DNA from: a virus
IMG/VR virus record: IMGVR_UViG_3300037509_000021
Coordinates: 1 to 38,393 of that record
Strand: one strand, 5' to 3'
Length of the DNA: 38,393 bases
A program made the translations under genes and the position numbers. Shown here piece after piece: positions 24,811-33,042 of the stretch. How positions within the stretch are numbered: position 1 is the stretch's first letter; every line of letters starts with the position of its first letter. The notes below the pieces were generated by a model. It did no database searches, had not been told where the DNA came from, and saw only the letters and a program-made list of their open reading frames with translations.

Positions 24811-25331
24811 CAGGAACACAGGGTGAGGAAATTGAGACGGTTGACCCTACAGGACTCAGTAACGGGGTGGAGTACTACGTCACGAACGACTTACTAGAAC
24901 GCGCCTCAAAGCTCAACAAATTATCAGAGGTATCCCAAGTGGCGCTTGGTATGTGCCTCGCCATCATCAAGGAACAGGAGGCATACAAGCCCGACTTCCC
25001 TACCTTCGAGGACTACTACCGTTTCGAGCTCGGTCGCTCTAAGGGTGACATCTCGAAGCTTCTCAAGGTTGGTCACTTCATGATCAAGGGGCAGTTTCCT
25101 GAGAACACAACTGTGCCATATACAAAATTGTACCAATGTATCATCAGTATGCCTGACGAACAGCCTGAGCAGATACTTGCTGTGGCACAGACTAATAGTT
25201 TAGCGGAGATAATAGAGACAGGAAGAGAACTGAGGCATGGGGAACATAACCACGAATGGGGAAATCAGTGTTACGTTTCTTGTGGTGTGTGTGGTAAAAT
25301 GGTCAAACATGAACAGACTCACACTCATTGA
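24786..25331 (+). CDS. Hypothetical DNA-associated protein (181 aa) with C-terminal zinc knuckle
   Basis: ATG ORF. C-terminal HNHEWGNQCYVSCGVCGK. Confidence 0.55.
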   Translation: MARNMQQVAGTQGEEIETVDPTGLSNGVEYYVTNDLLERASKLNKLSEVSQVALGMCLAIIKEQEAYKPDFPTFEDYYRFELGRSKGDISKLLKVGHFMIKGQFPENTTVPYTKLYQCIISMPDEQPEQILAVAQTNSLAEIIETGRELRHGEHNHEWGNQCYVSCGVCGKMVKHEQTHTH

Positions 25332-25992
25332 ACCCCTTGAGGTTAGGAAAGGTTATGGACGCATGGGCCGATTCCTATGCAGCTGTGGCAACGAGAAGAT
25401 AACCAAAATACAGTCTTGGAAACAGAATCGTACCAAGTCTTGCGGTTGCTTATCTAAAGAGCCGCGAGTTATCAAGCACGGTCATGCTCCACGCGGGAAA
25501 AGCCACCCACTCTACCAATGCTGGCAGAACATGCGGGGCCGATGCAATAACCCAAATCACCCGAACTACGCCTCCTACGGGGGGAGAGGAATACGAATAT
25601 GTGACGAATGGACTGACTTCAACAACTTTAGAGAGTGGGCTTTGGCTAAAGGTTGGGAGGTGGGCCTGACTCTTGACAGGATTGATAATGACGAAGGTTA
25701 TTCGCCTGGTAACTGTCGTTGGATTTCCCACAGAGAGCAAATGTCCAATACAAGGGCGACTAAGTTTATTGAGTACGAGGGCCGCAGACAATCAGCATCT
25801 CAGTGGGCAAAGGAAACGGGGTTCAGTCGTGAGACTTTACTGAATCGTATAAAACTAGGCTGGTCTCCAGAAAAGATATTAACCACTTTCCCTTTTCATA
25901 ACGGCCGTCCTCGTAAGGAAGTCGCCACCCATCCGCATGAGTGGGCGCAAGCACATTACTGCACAGTTTGTGGAAAATTTGAACGCCTATGA
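25309..25992 (+). CDS. His-Me finger (HNH_3-like) endonuclease-related protein
   Basis: Start at MNRLTLIEP. CSCGNE...SCGC, YGGRGIRICDEW.DF.NF and LTLDRIDNDEGYSPGNCRWISHREQMSN motifs. C-terminal HPHEWAQAHYCTVCGK. Confidence 0.55.
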   Translation: MNRLTLIEPLEVRKGYGRMGRFLCSCGNEKITKIQSWKQNRTKSCGCLSKEPRVIKHGHAPRGKSHPLYQCWQNMRGRCNNPNHPNYASYGGRGIRICDEWTDFNNFREWALAKGWEVGLTLDRIDNDEGYSPGNCRWISHREQMSNTRATKFIEYEGRRQSASQWAKETGFSRETLLNRIKLGWSPEKILTTFPFHNGRPRKEVATHPHEWAQAHYCTVCGKFERL

Positions 25993-26228
25993 TCAACGAC
26001 TACAAGAAGAACTTCAGACATTCCCGCTTAGTGGACAAGGAAGAGGCTGGTGAGCGTAAGCCTTTCTACAATCTTGCGCCTCCCGTACGTGAGTTCACGC
26101 AAGAAGAGAAGGACGAACTCGTCAAGAACTTCAAGACTGTCCCCGACTGCCACCAGCGTAAGGACTGCTGCCGTTCCTGTGTGCGCGAGGCAGAGTGCCT
26201 CGCGAGATGTCCCTGCCACCGGCCATGA
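25989..26228 (+). CDS. Cys-rich hypothetical protein (79 aa)
   Basis: CHQRKDCCRSCVREAECLARCPCH. Confidence 0.55.
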   Translation: MINDYKKNFRHSRLVDKEEAGERKPFYNLAPPVREFTQEEKDELVKNFKTVPDCHQRKDCCRSCVREAECLARCPCHRP

Positions 26229-26386
26229 CCGACGACGAGTCCCTATGGGAAGCCCTGCCCGTCTCAGACGACATCCAGGCAATCATAGAGTTCTCGAACC
26301 TGGAGTATCACGTCTATAACTGCCACCCGGAGTGGGTTGAAGCTTGGCGATGGCTCATCGACCACAAGACCAACAAACGACCGTGA
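26225..26386 (+). CDS. Hypothetical protein (53 aa)
   Basis: ATGA overlap at 26225..26228. MTDDESLWEAL... Confidence 0.45.
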   Translation: MTDDESLWEALPVSDDIQAIIEFSNLEYHVYNCHPEWVEAWRWLIDHKTNKRP

Positions 26387-26988
26387 AGAAAACGTACCTC
26401 CAGAGGAAGCCGCTCCAGGCTCGTAGAAGCCCTCTCAAACGCTCAAAACTGGCTTCTAAGCGTAGTTTGACCAAGAAACGACCTAAGAGGCGTACCCAGG
26501 TAGATTTGTGGCGTGAGTGGCTTGTGCCAGACGGAGCTTATCGGAGGTATAAGGGACTGAGGGGAATTCTGTGGTACTGGCTCTCCAGGGATGTGCGGAA
26601 GGACGAGTGGGAGCGCTACGGGGTCTGTATCACTTGTCTTGAGCCCGTGGAGGACTGGCACTACGCAGACTGCGGCCACATGGTAGACGCTGCCAATTGC
26701 GGGGAATACCTCCGGTTTCTCAGAAGAAACCTCGCTCTCCAGCACAAGAAATGCAACAACCCCCGCTTCACACCGAGCGCGATGGCCCTGAACGCCGTCC
26801 ATTACGATCAGCGATACGGCCAGGGAGCCTGGGAAAAGCTCTACGCTCTCAAGAAGAAAGAGTGCAAAGAACCGACCCAGGGCGAATACAAAGACCTCAT
26901 CCGCGCCCTCCCCTCATTCCAAGAGGCCCTGAAGTTATCCACACCCAGCCCTTCTTCACAGGACATTGACCCCCAGAATGGGGTATGA
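26383..26988 (+). CDS. NinG/Rap-like recombination endonuclease
   Basis: GTGA-coupled start. Basic N-terminus, then CITCLEPV...HYADCGHMV...LALQHKKCNNP, resembling the lambda NinG family. Confidence 0.5.
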   Translation: MKKTYLQRKPLQARRSPLKRSKLASKRSLTKKRPKRRTQVDLWREWLVPDGAYRRYKGLRGILWYWLSRDVRKDEWERYGVCITCLEPVEDWHYADCGHMVDAANCGEYLRFLRRNLALQHKKCNNPRFTPSAMALNAVHYDQRYGQGAWEKLYALKKKECKEPTQGEYKDLIRALPSFQEALKLSTPSPSSQDIDPQNGV

Positions 26989-27032
26989 TGAGTAAGCAAC
27001 CGCCCAGGTTGTAAACGGAATGGAGGCTGGGC

Positions 27033-27115
27033 AGCAGATTGTTGGAGACTTCCTGTTCCCGCAATCTGCTCCTGGTGACTCGGTCCCTACTATTTCCGAG
27101 AGGCCGAGTCACCAG
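27033..27115 (+). other. Two tandem perfect hairpins, each with a 20-nt loop
   Basis: AGCAGATTG 27033..27041 pairs with CAATCTGCT 27062..27070 (9 bp). CTGGTGACTCGG 27072..27083 pairs with CCGAGTCACCAG 27104..27115 (12 bp). Confidence 0.7.
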
Positions 27116-27154
27116 GAAACTGGATGCACATTGAGAGAACAGGAGTTGAGAAGG

Positions 27155-27163
27155 TGGTATACT
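27155..27163 (+). promoter_or_regulatory. Extended -10 promoter element giving a leaderless HNH-AP2 mRNA
   Basis: TGGTATACT ends 6 nt before ATG 27170. Confidence 0.4.
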
Positions 27164-27169
27164 GTCTGT

Positions 27170-27646
27170 ATGAAGACAATACCTGTTAAGAACAGCGAAC
27201 GACCAGCACTTATCGACGAGGAAGATTACGAGCGAGTATCACGATATAAGTGGAGGCTCGACGTATCTGGTTACGCCATACGGACGCTCAACGTTTGGGT
27301 TGATGGGGTAGAGAAGCAGCGATGGCAGCCCCTACAACGCGAGATAATGGGCCGTAAGGAAGGATTCGTAATGGATCACAAGAACGGCGACAGGCTGGAT
27401 AACAGGAAGGAAAACCTACGTTTCTGCACCTCTTCCCAGAACAATATGAACTCGCGCAAGAAGGTGGGTAAGTATGGTTTCAGGGGAGTGGGTAAAGACG
27501 GGAACGTATGGACAGCCAAGATTCGTATAAACCGCAAGACGACCGAGCGCAGAGGATTCGCCTCCGCTGAGGAAGCCGCGCGAGCTTACGACGAAATGGC
27601 TAAAGAGCTTCACGGAGAGTTTGCAGTTCTTAATTTCTGTACATAG
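27170..27646 (+). CDS. HNH endonuclease with AP2 DNA-binding domain (free-standing homing-endonuclease type)
   Basis: MKTIPVKNSERPALIDEEDYERVSRYKWRL, MDHKNGDRLDNRKENLRFCTSSQNNMN (HNH_3), YGFRGV...WTAKIRINRK...GFASAEEAARAYDEMAKELHGEFAVLNF (AP2). Confidence 0.8.
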   Translation: MKTIPVKNSERPALIDEEDYERVSRYKWRLDVSGYAIRTLNVWVDGVEKQRWQPLQREIMGRKEGFVMDHKNGDRLDNRKENLRFCTSSQNNMNSRKKVGKYGFRGVGKDGNVWTAKIRINRKTTERRGFASAEEAARAYDEMAKELHGEFAVLNFCT

Positions 27647-27959
27647 GGACGTTGATGGGGGGATGTAGCTGGGGAAAGAGGGGTAGAACCCTGCGCCTAT
27701 GGCGAGCCAGTAGGAGTGCAAATCTCAGTGCCCCACCACCAGCGTCTCTATGAGGGAGGTGGACGGGGGAGTAGCGTGGTGCGCCGCATTTACCGCGCAT
27801 ACTCAGAAATGAGGCGGAACCTCCCCGCCTGCCCCCCTCGGGTTTCCACAAGAAACCGTAAGGACTTGGACGGCTGGGTTGAGGACTTAGTTCTCCCACG
27901 GCTTCAACGCCGTAGAGCCCAGCCGTCCGCGCCTTTGCGGGTAATAAACTAACCAACAC
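27647..27959 (+). ncRNA. GC-rich, hairpin-dense non-coding segment: candidate structured RNA or packaging (cos/pac) region
   Basis: 313 nt with no convincing ORF. An 11-bp perfect helix (GGACGGCTGGG 27868..27878 with CCCAGCCGTCC 27918..27928) encloses nested stems. Further hairpins: TGCGC/GCGCA, AGGCGG/CCGCCT and GGTTTC/GAAACC. Confidence 0.3.
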
Positions 27960-28448
27960 ATGAGAAGGCAACAACTTTCTCCAGAACAGAAGGCTCGCAT
28001 GATGGCAGGTCTTCAAACGCCTGAAGCGAAAGCAAAACGACGGATTTCCCGCCGCAAAGCGTACGAGGAGGGCCGTTATGTGAGCAACTTCAAAGGGAAA
28101 CCGGCTTGGAATAAGGGCAAGAAGATGCCTGAAAAATCCGGCCCAAACCATCCCATGTGGATAGCGGATAGGAGCAAGCTTGCCCCCAAGCAAGATCGCA
28201 ACGATTCGCGGTATAAAGCATGGAGAAAAGAAGTCTGGCTACGAGATAACTTCAAATGTAAGATAGCCAACCCGGACTGTGCTGGTAGGATAGAGGCTCA
28301 CCACATACTTGGGTGGACACCGTATCCTGAGCTTCGTTATGAACCTAACAATGGCATTACGCTTTGCCACTTCCACCACCCTCGAAAGAGGTCCGAGGAG
28401 GTGCGCTTGTCGCCCTACTTCCAATCGTTAGTAGGTAAAGCACAGTAA
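27960..28448 (+). CDS. HNH endonuclease (terminase-associated type)
   Basis: 162 aa. CAGRIEAHHILGWTPYPELRYEPNNGITLCHFHH. Located upstream of the TerS/TerL module. Confidence 0.75.
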   Translation: MRRQQLSPEQKARMMAGLQTPEAKAKRRISRRKAYEEGRYVSNFKGKPAWNKGKKMPEKSGPNHPMWIADRSKLAPKQDRNDSRYKAWRKEVWLRDNFKCKIANPDCAGRIEAHHILGWTPYPELRYEPNNGITLCHFHHPRKRSEEVRLSPYFQSLVGKAQ

Positions 28449-28449
28449 T

Positions 28450-28602
28450 TTGGAACTAGCAGCAATCGTCACGATCGTGTTCTTCCTCGCTATCGGCGCT
28501 TACCAGTTCATCCCGCGCGACTGGCTCCGCATTACGGTAGGCATCTCGGCAATTATCCTTGGCGTCCTCGCACTTCTCGGCGCAACTGCTGTCACTCTCT
28601 AA
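28450..28602 (+). CDS. Two-TM micro-protein (50 aa), TTG start
   Basis: LELAAIVTIVFFLAIGAYQFIPRDWLRITVGISAIILGVLALLGATAVTL. Starts 2 nt after the HNH stop. A 19-aa hydrophobic ORF follows at 28605..28664. Confidence 0.3.
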   Translation: MELAAIVTIVFFLAIGAYQFIPRDWLRITVGISAIILGVLALLGATAVTL

Positions 28603-28666
28603 CTATGCACATAGGATTCGGAGCAGCCCTCCTCATCATCGTGCTCCTCATAATCATTTTCTAGCT

Positions 28667-28912
28667 ATGGCCGAATACAGGGAACCAAAGGTCGCCCAGC
28701 CAGAGCTCCAGAAAGGCATGACTCGCATCACGGTCGAGACGAATCCTGGAGGTCCGGTCCAGTGCGATAGCGTCTCTACCGACCTTTGGGGGATGCCCGA
28801 CCACTTGATGGGCGACCTCCTCCGCACGCTTGTCGAAGAGGCCCGCAAAGGTGTCGCAGCGGCCGAACGGTTCAGGGAGGTAGAGAAAGACGGAGCAGAA
28901 GAAGTCACATGA
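28667..28912 (+). CDS. Hypothetical protein (81 aa)
   Basis: Internal ATG (MAEYREPK...) of track ORF 28559..28912. The upstream part overlaps the hydrophobic micro-ORFs. Confidence 0.5.
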   Translation: MAEYREPKVAQPELQKGMTRITVETNPGGPVQCDSVSTDLWGMPDHLMGDLLRTLVEEARKGVAAAERFREVEKDGAEEVT

Positions 28913-28919
28913 TTTAGTC

Positions 28920-29210
28920 ATGGGAATGAAACCGGTAGTAGAGCAGGAGTTGGAGATGGTACCTCTCGGGGGCGGTTTCTCATCTGAAATAGCCCTGGAA
29001 TACGCGGAAACCGTAAATCGCGCTCACAAGAATCCTAAGGTCATATACAGCGAACACCTAGGAGAAATGACCAAGATGGCCCTTGTCGCAGCCAATCTCA
29101 AGGAGATAAAAGGCCAGTTCTTTGCAGAACTCGAATGGTGCATAACTAATCCTGATCCAGAAGAGGAGGTCGAAGTCACACAAGAAGAATCAGACAACGA
29201 TATGCTATAG
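28920..29210 (+). CDS. Hypothetical protein (96 aa), acidic C-terminus
   Basis: ATG ORF. Confidence 0.55.
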   Translation: MGMKPVVEQELEMVPLGGGFSSEIALEYAETVNRAHKNPKVIYSEHLGEMTKMALVAANLKEIKGQFFAELEWCITNPDPEEEVEVTQEESDNDML

Positions 29211-29218
29211 TTTTCAAT

Positions 29219-29530
29219 ATGGCAGATTCTCAGGAACAGAAGAAAAAACATCACAACTACGACTGGCTCAACGGCTATAAGTTCGTAAAGGGGCAGTCAG
29301 GAAATCCGGGCGGCCGACCTAAAGGCAGTAAATCGCTTAAGACCTTTGCCAAAGAGTATCTGGAAACTCTCCCGGAGGATGAGAAGGTTAAGTTCCTCGC
29401 CGCTCTCCCTCCCGAGATAGTCTGGAAGATGGCAGAGGGGAATCCGCACAACAGCAACGACCTCACGAGTGACGGTAAGCCCCTCGTTATCAGCTTCGAC
29501 CCCACTTTCAATGAAGATCGTACTGATTAA
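29219..29530 (+). CDS. terS: Terminase small subunit candidate
   Basis: 103 aa. The GQSGNPGGRPKG motif is common in phage small-terminase-like (DUF5681-type) proteins. Immediately upstream of TerL. Confidence 0.5.
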   Translation: MADSQEQKKKHHNYDWLNGYKFVKGQSGNPGGRPKGSKSLKTFAKEYLETLPEDEKVKFLAALPPEIVWKMAEGNPHNSNDLTSDGKPLVISFDPTFNEDRTD

Positions 29531-29601
29531 AGACCTATATTTGCAGGACAAGCTGCAGAGGTTGCTGGGTCCAGACTATTTAGTGCTCGTCTCTGACTCG
29601 G

Positions 29602-31056
29602 GTGAAAAAGCTATCGAGTATTACGACTTGCATGATTCTGCTCCACGACAAACAGAAGGAGATAGTTAAGAGCCGCAAGAGGTTCAAGGTGGCGAGAGCC
29701 GGCAGAAAGGGCGGCAAGACGGCCGTGGAGGTCGAAACCATTGCCTACAAAGCCACGGTTTCTCAAGGAAACCTGGATCTCAGGACAGACAAGATACTTA
29801 AGAACCGGAAGGTACTATACATAGCCCCTACTCAGATACAGGCCCGAAAGATCATCTGGGAGGAACTGAAGTCCCGGTTGGCGGGCCTAGGAGAACCGAG
29901 TGAGCAGCGCCTAGAGATTAAAGTACCCAACGCCGATGGCTACACGAGCACAATTTACGTAGGAGGGTGGGAGAATCGGGAGAACTATCGAGGTATGACC
30001 GAGGTGGTACACATATCCTTCGACGAGCTCGACACTATGAAGGACTTTTACAGCGGGTGGATGGAGATATTTCGCCCCATGTTTCTCGACACAGGAGGAA
30101 CCGCAGACTTCATCGGCACACCTAAGAAAGAGAATCCGAACCTAAAGCGCATGGTCAAGGACTTCCAGGAGTCGGGTGAAAGCTACCAAGAATTCCACTT
30201 CACTAGCAAGGACAACCCCTACATTGACCCGCTTGAGATTGAGCACGCTCAGCAGACCATGGACCCTGAGACCTATAGGCAGGAGATTCTGGCCGAGTAC
30301 GTCGAGAACCAAGGTGCGCTCTTCAAGTTCGAGGCCCTGGTGGACGTCTTCAGCAACACGATAATCAAGGAGAACGCCAAGTATTTGACCATCGACGTGG
30401 CCGAGGACGGCTCAGACAAGATAATCTTCAGCTTCTGGGAGGGGCTGGAGGAGTATCGCCGGGAATCATTTGACCGCCTGAACACGGAGTCAATTATCTC
30501 GAAGACCCGCGAATACGCCGCGCAAGACCGTATTCCCTACTCGCACATCGCCGTAGATGCTATTGGTGTGGGTACTGGAGTCGCCACATCCTCCCTCCTG
30601 GACGGAATCATAGGCTTTAAGTCCTCCTACGCCCCCATAAAGACAGATCTCGACCCTACGAGGGTGCCAAACGCAGGGTATTTGCCCAAGGCCCCCATCC
30701 TTACGAGTGACTATGCCAACCTACGGAGCCAATGCGTATTTGTGCTTGCTGACCTCGTGAACAACCACAAAATAGCCTCACGGGTAAGTGGACAGGCGAA
30801 GGAGCGCGTGATTGAGGAGCTTTCCGTGTATCAGGACGTATCGAAAGGGGATGGGAAGCGTATGCCTACGAAGAAAGAGGATGTGAAAGAAGCTATCGGA
30901 CGCTCGCCTGATGACTCGGATACGTGGATCATGAGGATGTATTTCCACGTCATAGGTAGGATGTCGCCCCACCAGAGTGAGGAAAGGAACCAGATAGCCT
31001 CCAAGCAGCGCAATCAGTTCCTCAGGAACCGCGCAAACGCCGTAGGAACCAAGTAG
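29602..31056 (+). CDS. terL: Terminase large subunit
   Basis: Walker A ARAGRKGGKT, Walker B VHISFDELD, and a C-terminal nuclease-like region. GTG 29602 per the track, with ATG 29632 (MILLHDKQKEIV) an equally plausible start. Confidence 0.8.
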   Translation: MKKLSSITTCMILLHDKQKEIVKSRKRFKVARAGRKGGKTAVEVETIAYKATVSQGNLDLRTDKILKNRKVLYIAPTQIQARKIIWEELKSRLAGLGEPSEQRLEIKVPNADGYTSTIYVGGWENRENYRGMTEVVHISFDELDTMKDFYSGWMEIFRPMFLDTGGTADFIGTPKKENPNLKRMVKDFQESGESYQEFHFTSKDNPYIDPLEIEHAQQTMDPETYRQEILAEYVENQGALFKFEALVDVFSNTIIKENAKYLTIDVAEDGSDKIIFSFWEGLEEYRRESFDRLNTESIISKTREYAAQDRIPYSHIAVDAIGVGTGVATSSLLDGIIGFKSSYAPIKTDLDPTRVPNAGYLPKAPILTSDYANLRSQCVFVLADLVNNHKIASRVSGQAKERVIEELSVYQDVSKGDGKRMPTKKEDVKEAIGRSPDDSDTWIMRMYFHVIGRMSPHQSEERNQIASKQRNQFLRNRANAVGTK

Positions 31057-31057
31057 G

Positions 31058-31097
31058 CTATCCCCACATTAGGCACTTGACAAACAGGAGCTATACT
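31058..31097 (+). promoter_or_regulatory. Candidate late promoter P10 for the portal gene
   Basis: CTATCCCCA at 31058..31066. TATACT at 31092..31097, 32 nt after the A of ATCC, with the ATG 11 nt downstream. Confidence 0.45.
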
Positions 31098-31108
31098 ACT
31101 CGTAAACA

Positions 31109-33010
31109 ATGTCTCCAATCCCAGAACAAGACAAAACCGTAGGTCAGATAGTGCGCGAAATGGAGAGCAACTATATCTCCGGGGGAGGTACGACCATTTC
31201 CAAGTACGTTGAGTTCGATCAGTACGAGAACATCAACCGCATAGACGCGTACTTGAATTCTAAGCATTTGAGCGGCCCCACGGACTCCCTCGGCCGCGAC
31301 AAGCCCTTCTTCAACATCGTCGTGGCAGCCAGGAACATCTGGTACCGCGCCACAGACATAGACCGAAAGGACATCCGCATAAAGCCCACCAACTCCAAGA
31401 ACGAGATGGCGTCCTTCCTTGCCACCATCATCCTCCAGAACTGGATGAGGAAGGAGAAGTTCGGTGTATTTCTTAACGACTGGGGCCGCAACCTCGCTTC
31501 TTACGGCTCGGCGGTAGTGAAGTTCGTCGAGAAGGAGGGCCGACTTATCCCTACGAACGTGCCCTGGAACCGTCTCATCACGGATGTTATCGACTTCGAA
31601 CAAAATCCTAAGATAGAGGTTCTAGAGCTCACGGAGGCACAGCTGCGGAACAATAAGTCCTACAATCAGGACGCGGTGCGGGATCTTATTGACGCCGAGG
31701 AGACCCGCCGAGGCCTCGATAAGATGTCGAAAGATCACAAGACGGGGTACTACAGGCTCTATGAAGTGCACGGGGAGTTCAGTTTGGCCACCCTCAAGAT
31801 GGCGCAAGGCAAGGAACTTAATGACGCTGATTTCGACACGTTTGTACAACAGATGCACGTAGTTTCCTTCGTAGGAACGGCCAAGGGACGCGGCAGAAGC
31901 GCTGCTCTCCAGTACCAGGACTTCACTCTTTACAGCGGCAAAGAGGCAAAAGACCCGTACATGATCACACACCTCATCAAGGAGGATGGCCGGGCGCAGT
32001 CCGTCGGGGCCGTAGAGTATCTCTTCGATGCTCAGTGGATGCAAAATCACAGCGTGAAGGCGATGAAAGATCAGCTCGACCTAGCCTCCAAGCTGATTTT
32101 CCAGACAGCAGATCCCTCTTTCATCAACCAGAACGCCCTTTTGGCCATCGAGAACGGCGACATCCTCATTCACGAGCTCAATCAGCCTCTTACCCAGGTA
32201 AACAACGGCAGCCACGACATCACGAGCTACCAGAATTTCGCAGCCCAGTGGCGTGCGCTCGGGCAAGAGATAACCAGCACTCCGGACGCTCTTCGCGGCA
32301 ACACCCAGCCGGCAAATACACCATATTCGAGCGTTGCCCTCCTAGCACAACAGTCTTCTTCCCTTTTTGAGGTGATGACCGAGAACAAGGGACTCCATCT
32401 GGAGGACATGATGCGAACGTACGTGCTCCCGCACCTCGCTAAGCAACTTGACTCCAAGGAGGAAATAGCCGCGGTACTCGAAGACTACGACATCAAGCGC
32501 ATAGACAGCCGCTACGTTCCGCAAGCCGCAGTCGAGAGGTTCAACCGTCAGACTGCACAGAAGCTCATCGAGGGCGATGTAGACACACTCCGTGAGTTCG
32601 ACCCCGCCATAGACGAAGGAGCCGTACAGCAGGAGCTTGGTGCCACGGGAAACACTCGCTTTCTTGATCCTGAGGACATCTCCTGGAAGGAATGGCTCAA
32701 GGACGTGGACTGGGACTCTGTGGAGGTAGAAGTAACCAATGAGCAGCACGATAAGCAGGCCGTTCTCCAGACTCTCAACACTCTCTTCCAGGTAGTGATG
32801 GCCAACAGGGGTGAACCTCTGAGCGGGGACGCTCGCCTCATCTTCAACAAGATACTCGCAGCGACTGGTGAAGTATCTCCGATCGAGCTCTCACAGGTTT
32901 CCACACCTGCTCCACAGCCTCAAATGGCACCTCCAGCCCCGGTTTCCACAGGAAACCCATCCCAGATGCCGCCTCAGGCCGCAGAAATGCTTGCCGCAGC
33001 CGCACCGTAG
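31109..33010 (+). CDS. Portal protein
   Basis: 633 aa, immediately after TerL and before the scaffold and capsid genes. Pro/Ala/Gln-rich C-terminal tail. Confidence 0.65.
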   Translation: MSPIPEQDKTVGQIVREMESNYISGGGTTISKYVEFDQYENINRIDAYLNSKHLSGPTDSLGRDKPFFNIVVAARNIWYRATDIDRKDIRIKPTNSKNEMASFLATIILQNWMRKEKFGVFLNDWGRNLASYGSAVVKFVEKEGRLIPTNVPWNRLITDVIDFEQNPKIEVLELTEAQLRNNKSYNQDAVRDLIDAEETRRGLDKMSKDHKTGYYRLYEVHGEFSLATLKMAQGKELNDADFDTFVQQMHVVSFVGTAKGRGRSAALQYQDFTLYSGKEAKDPYMITHLIKEDGRAQSVGAVEYLFDAQWMQNHSVKAMKDQLDLASKLIFQTADPSFINQNALLAIENGDILIHELNQPLTQVNNGSHDITSYQNFAAQWRALGQEITSTPDALRGNTQPANTPYSSVALLAQQSSSLFEVMTENKGLHLEDMMRTYVLPHLAKQLDSKEEIAAVLEDYDIKRIDSRYVPQAAVERFNRQTAQKLIEGDVDTLREFDPAIDEGAVQQELGATGNTRFLDPEDISWKEWLKDVDWDSVEVEVTNEQHDKQAVLQTLNTLFQVVMANRGEPLSGDARLIFNKILAATGEVSPIELSQVSTPAPQPQMAPPAPVSTGNPSQMPPQAAEMLAAAAP

Positions 33011-33042
33011 GCGGGCAACTTTACTAAATAATCGGTGGATAT

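Noticed and set aside
26935-26989. An exact TTATCCACA box at 26935 with TTGACC and TATGAT downstream, considered as another box-type promoter
   Set aside because: The box-to-(-10) distance (47 nt) and the -35/-10 spacer (12 nt) fit neither geometry seen at the other sites, and the site lies within the 3' end of the NinG-like gene. The boxes at 24702(-), 13728(-) and 28157(-) likewise have no -10 at the expected distance.
27020-27169. Upstream extension of the HNH-AP2 ORF to ATG 27020 (the 208-aa version in the ORF track)
   Set aside because: The extension runs through the two perfect hairpins and the extended -10 element. Homologous HNH-AP2 proteins typically begin at the MK.IP...DEEDY motif found at 27170.
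27654-27741. An 88-nt element with an acceptor-like stem (GATGGGG/CCCCACC) and a 3' ACCA, considered as a long-arm tRNA or tmRNA-like tRNA domain
   Set aside because: The would-be T arm is only GAG-UGCAAAU-CUC (3 bp) and is separated from the acceptor strand by 4 nt. No D or anticodon arm can be drawn. It is kept only as part of the structured-region finding.
27716-27952. 78-aa GTG-initiated plus-strand ORF (Arg-rich) within the structured spacer
   Set aside because: Its composition looks like translated GC-rich hairpin sequence. It has no RBS or coupling to neighbours and is more likely non-coding.
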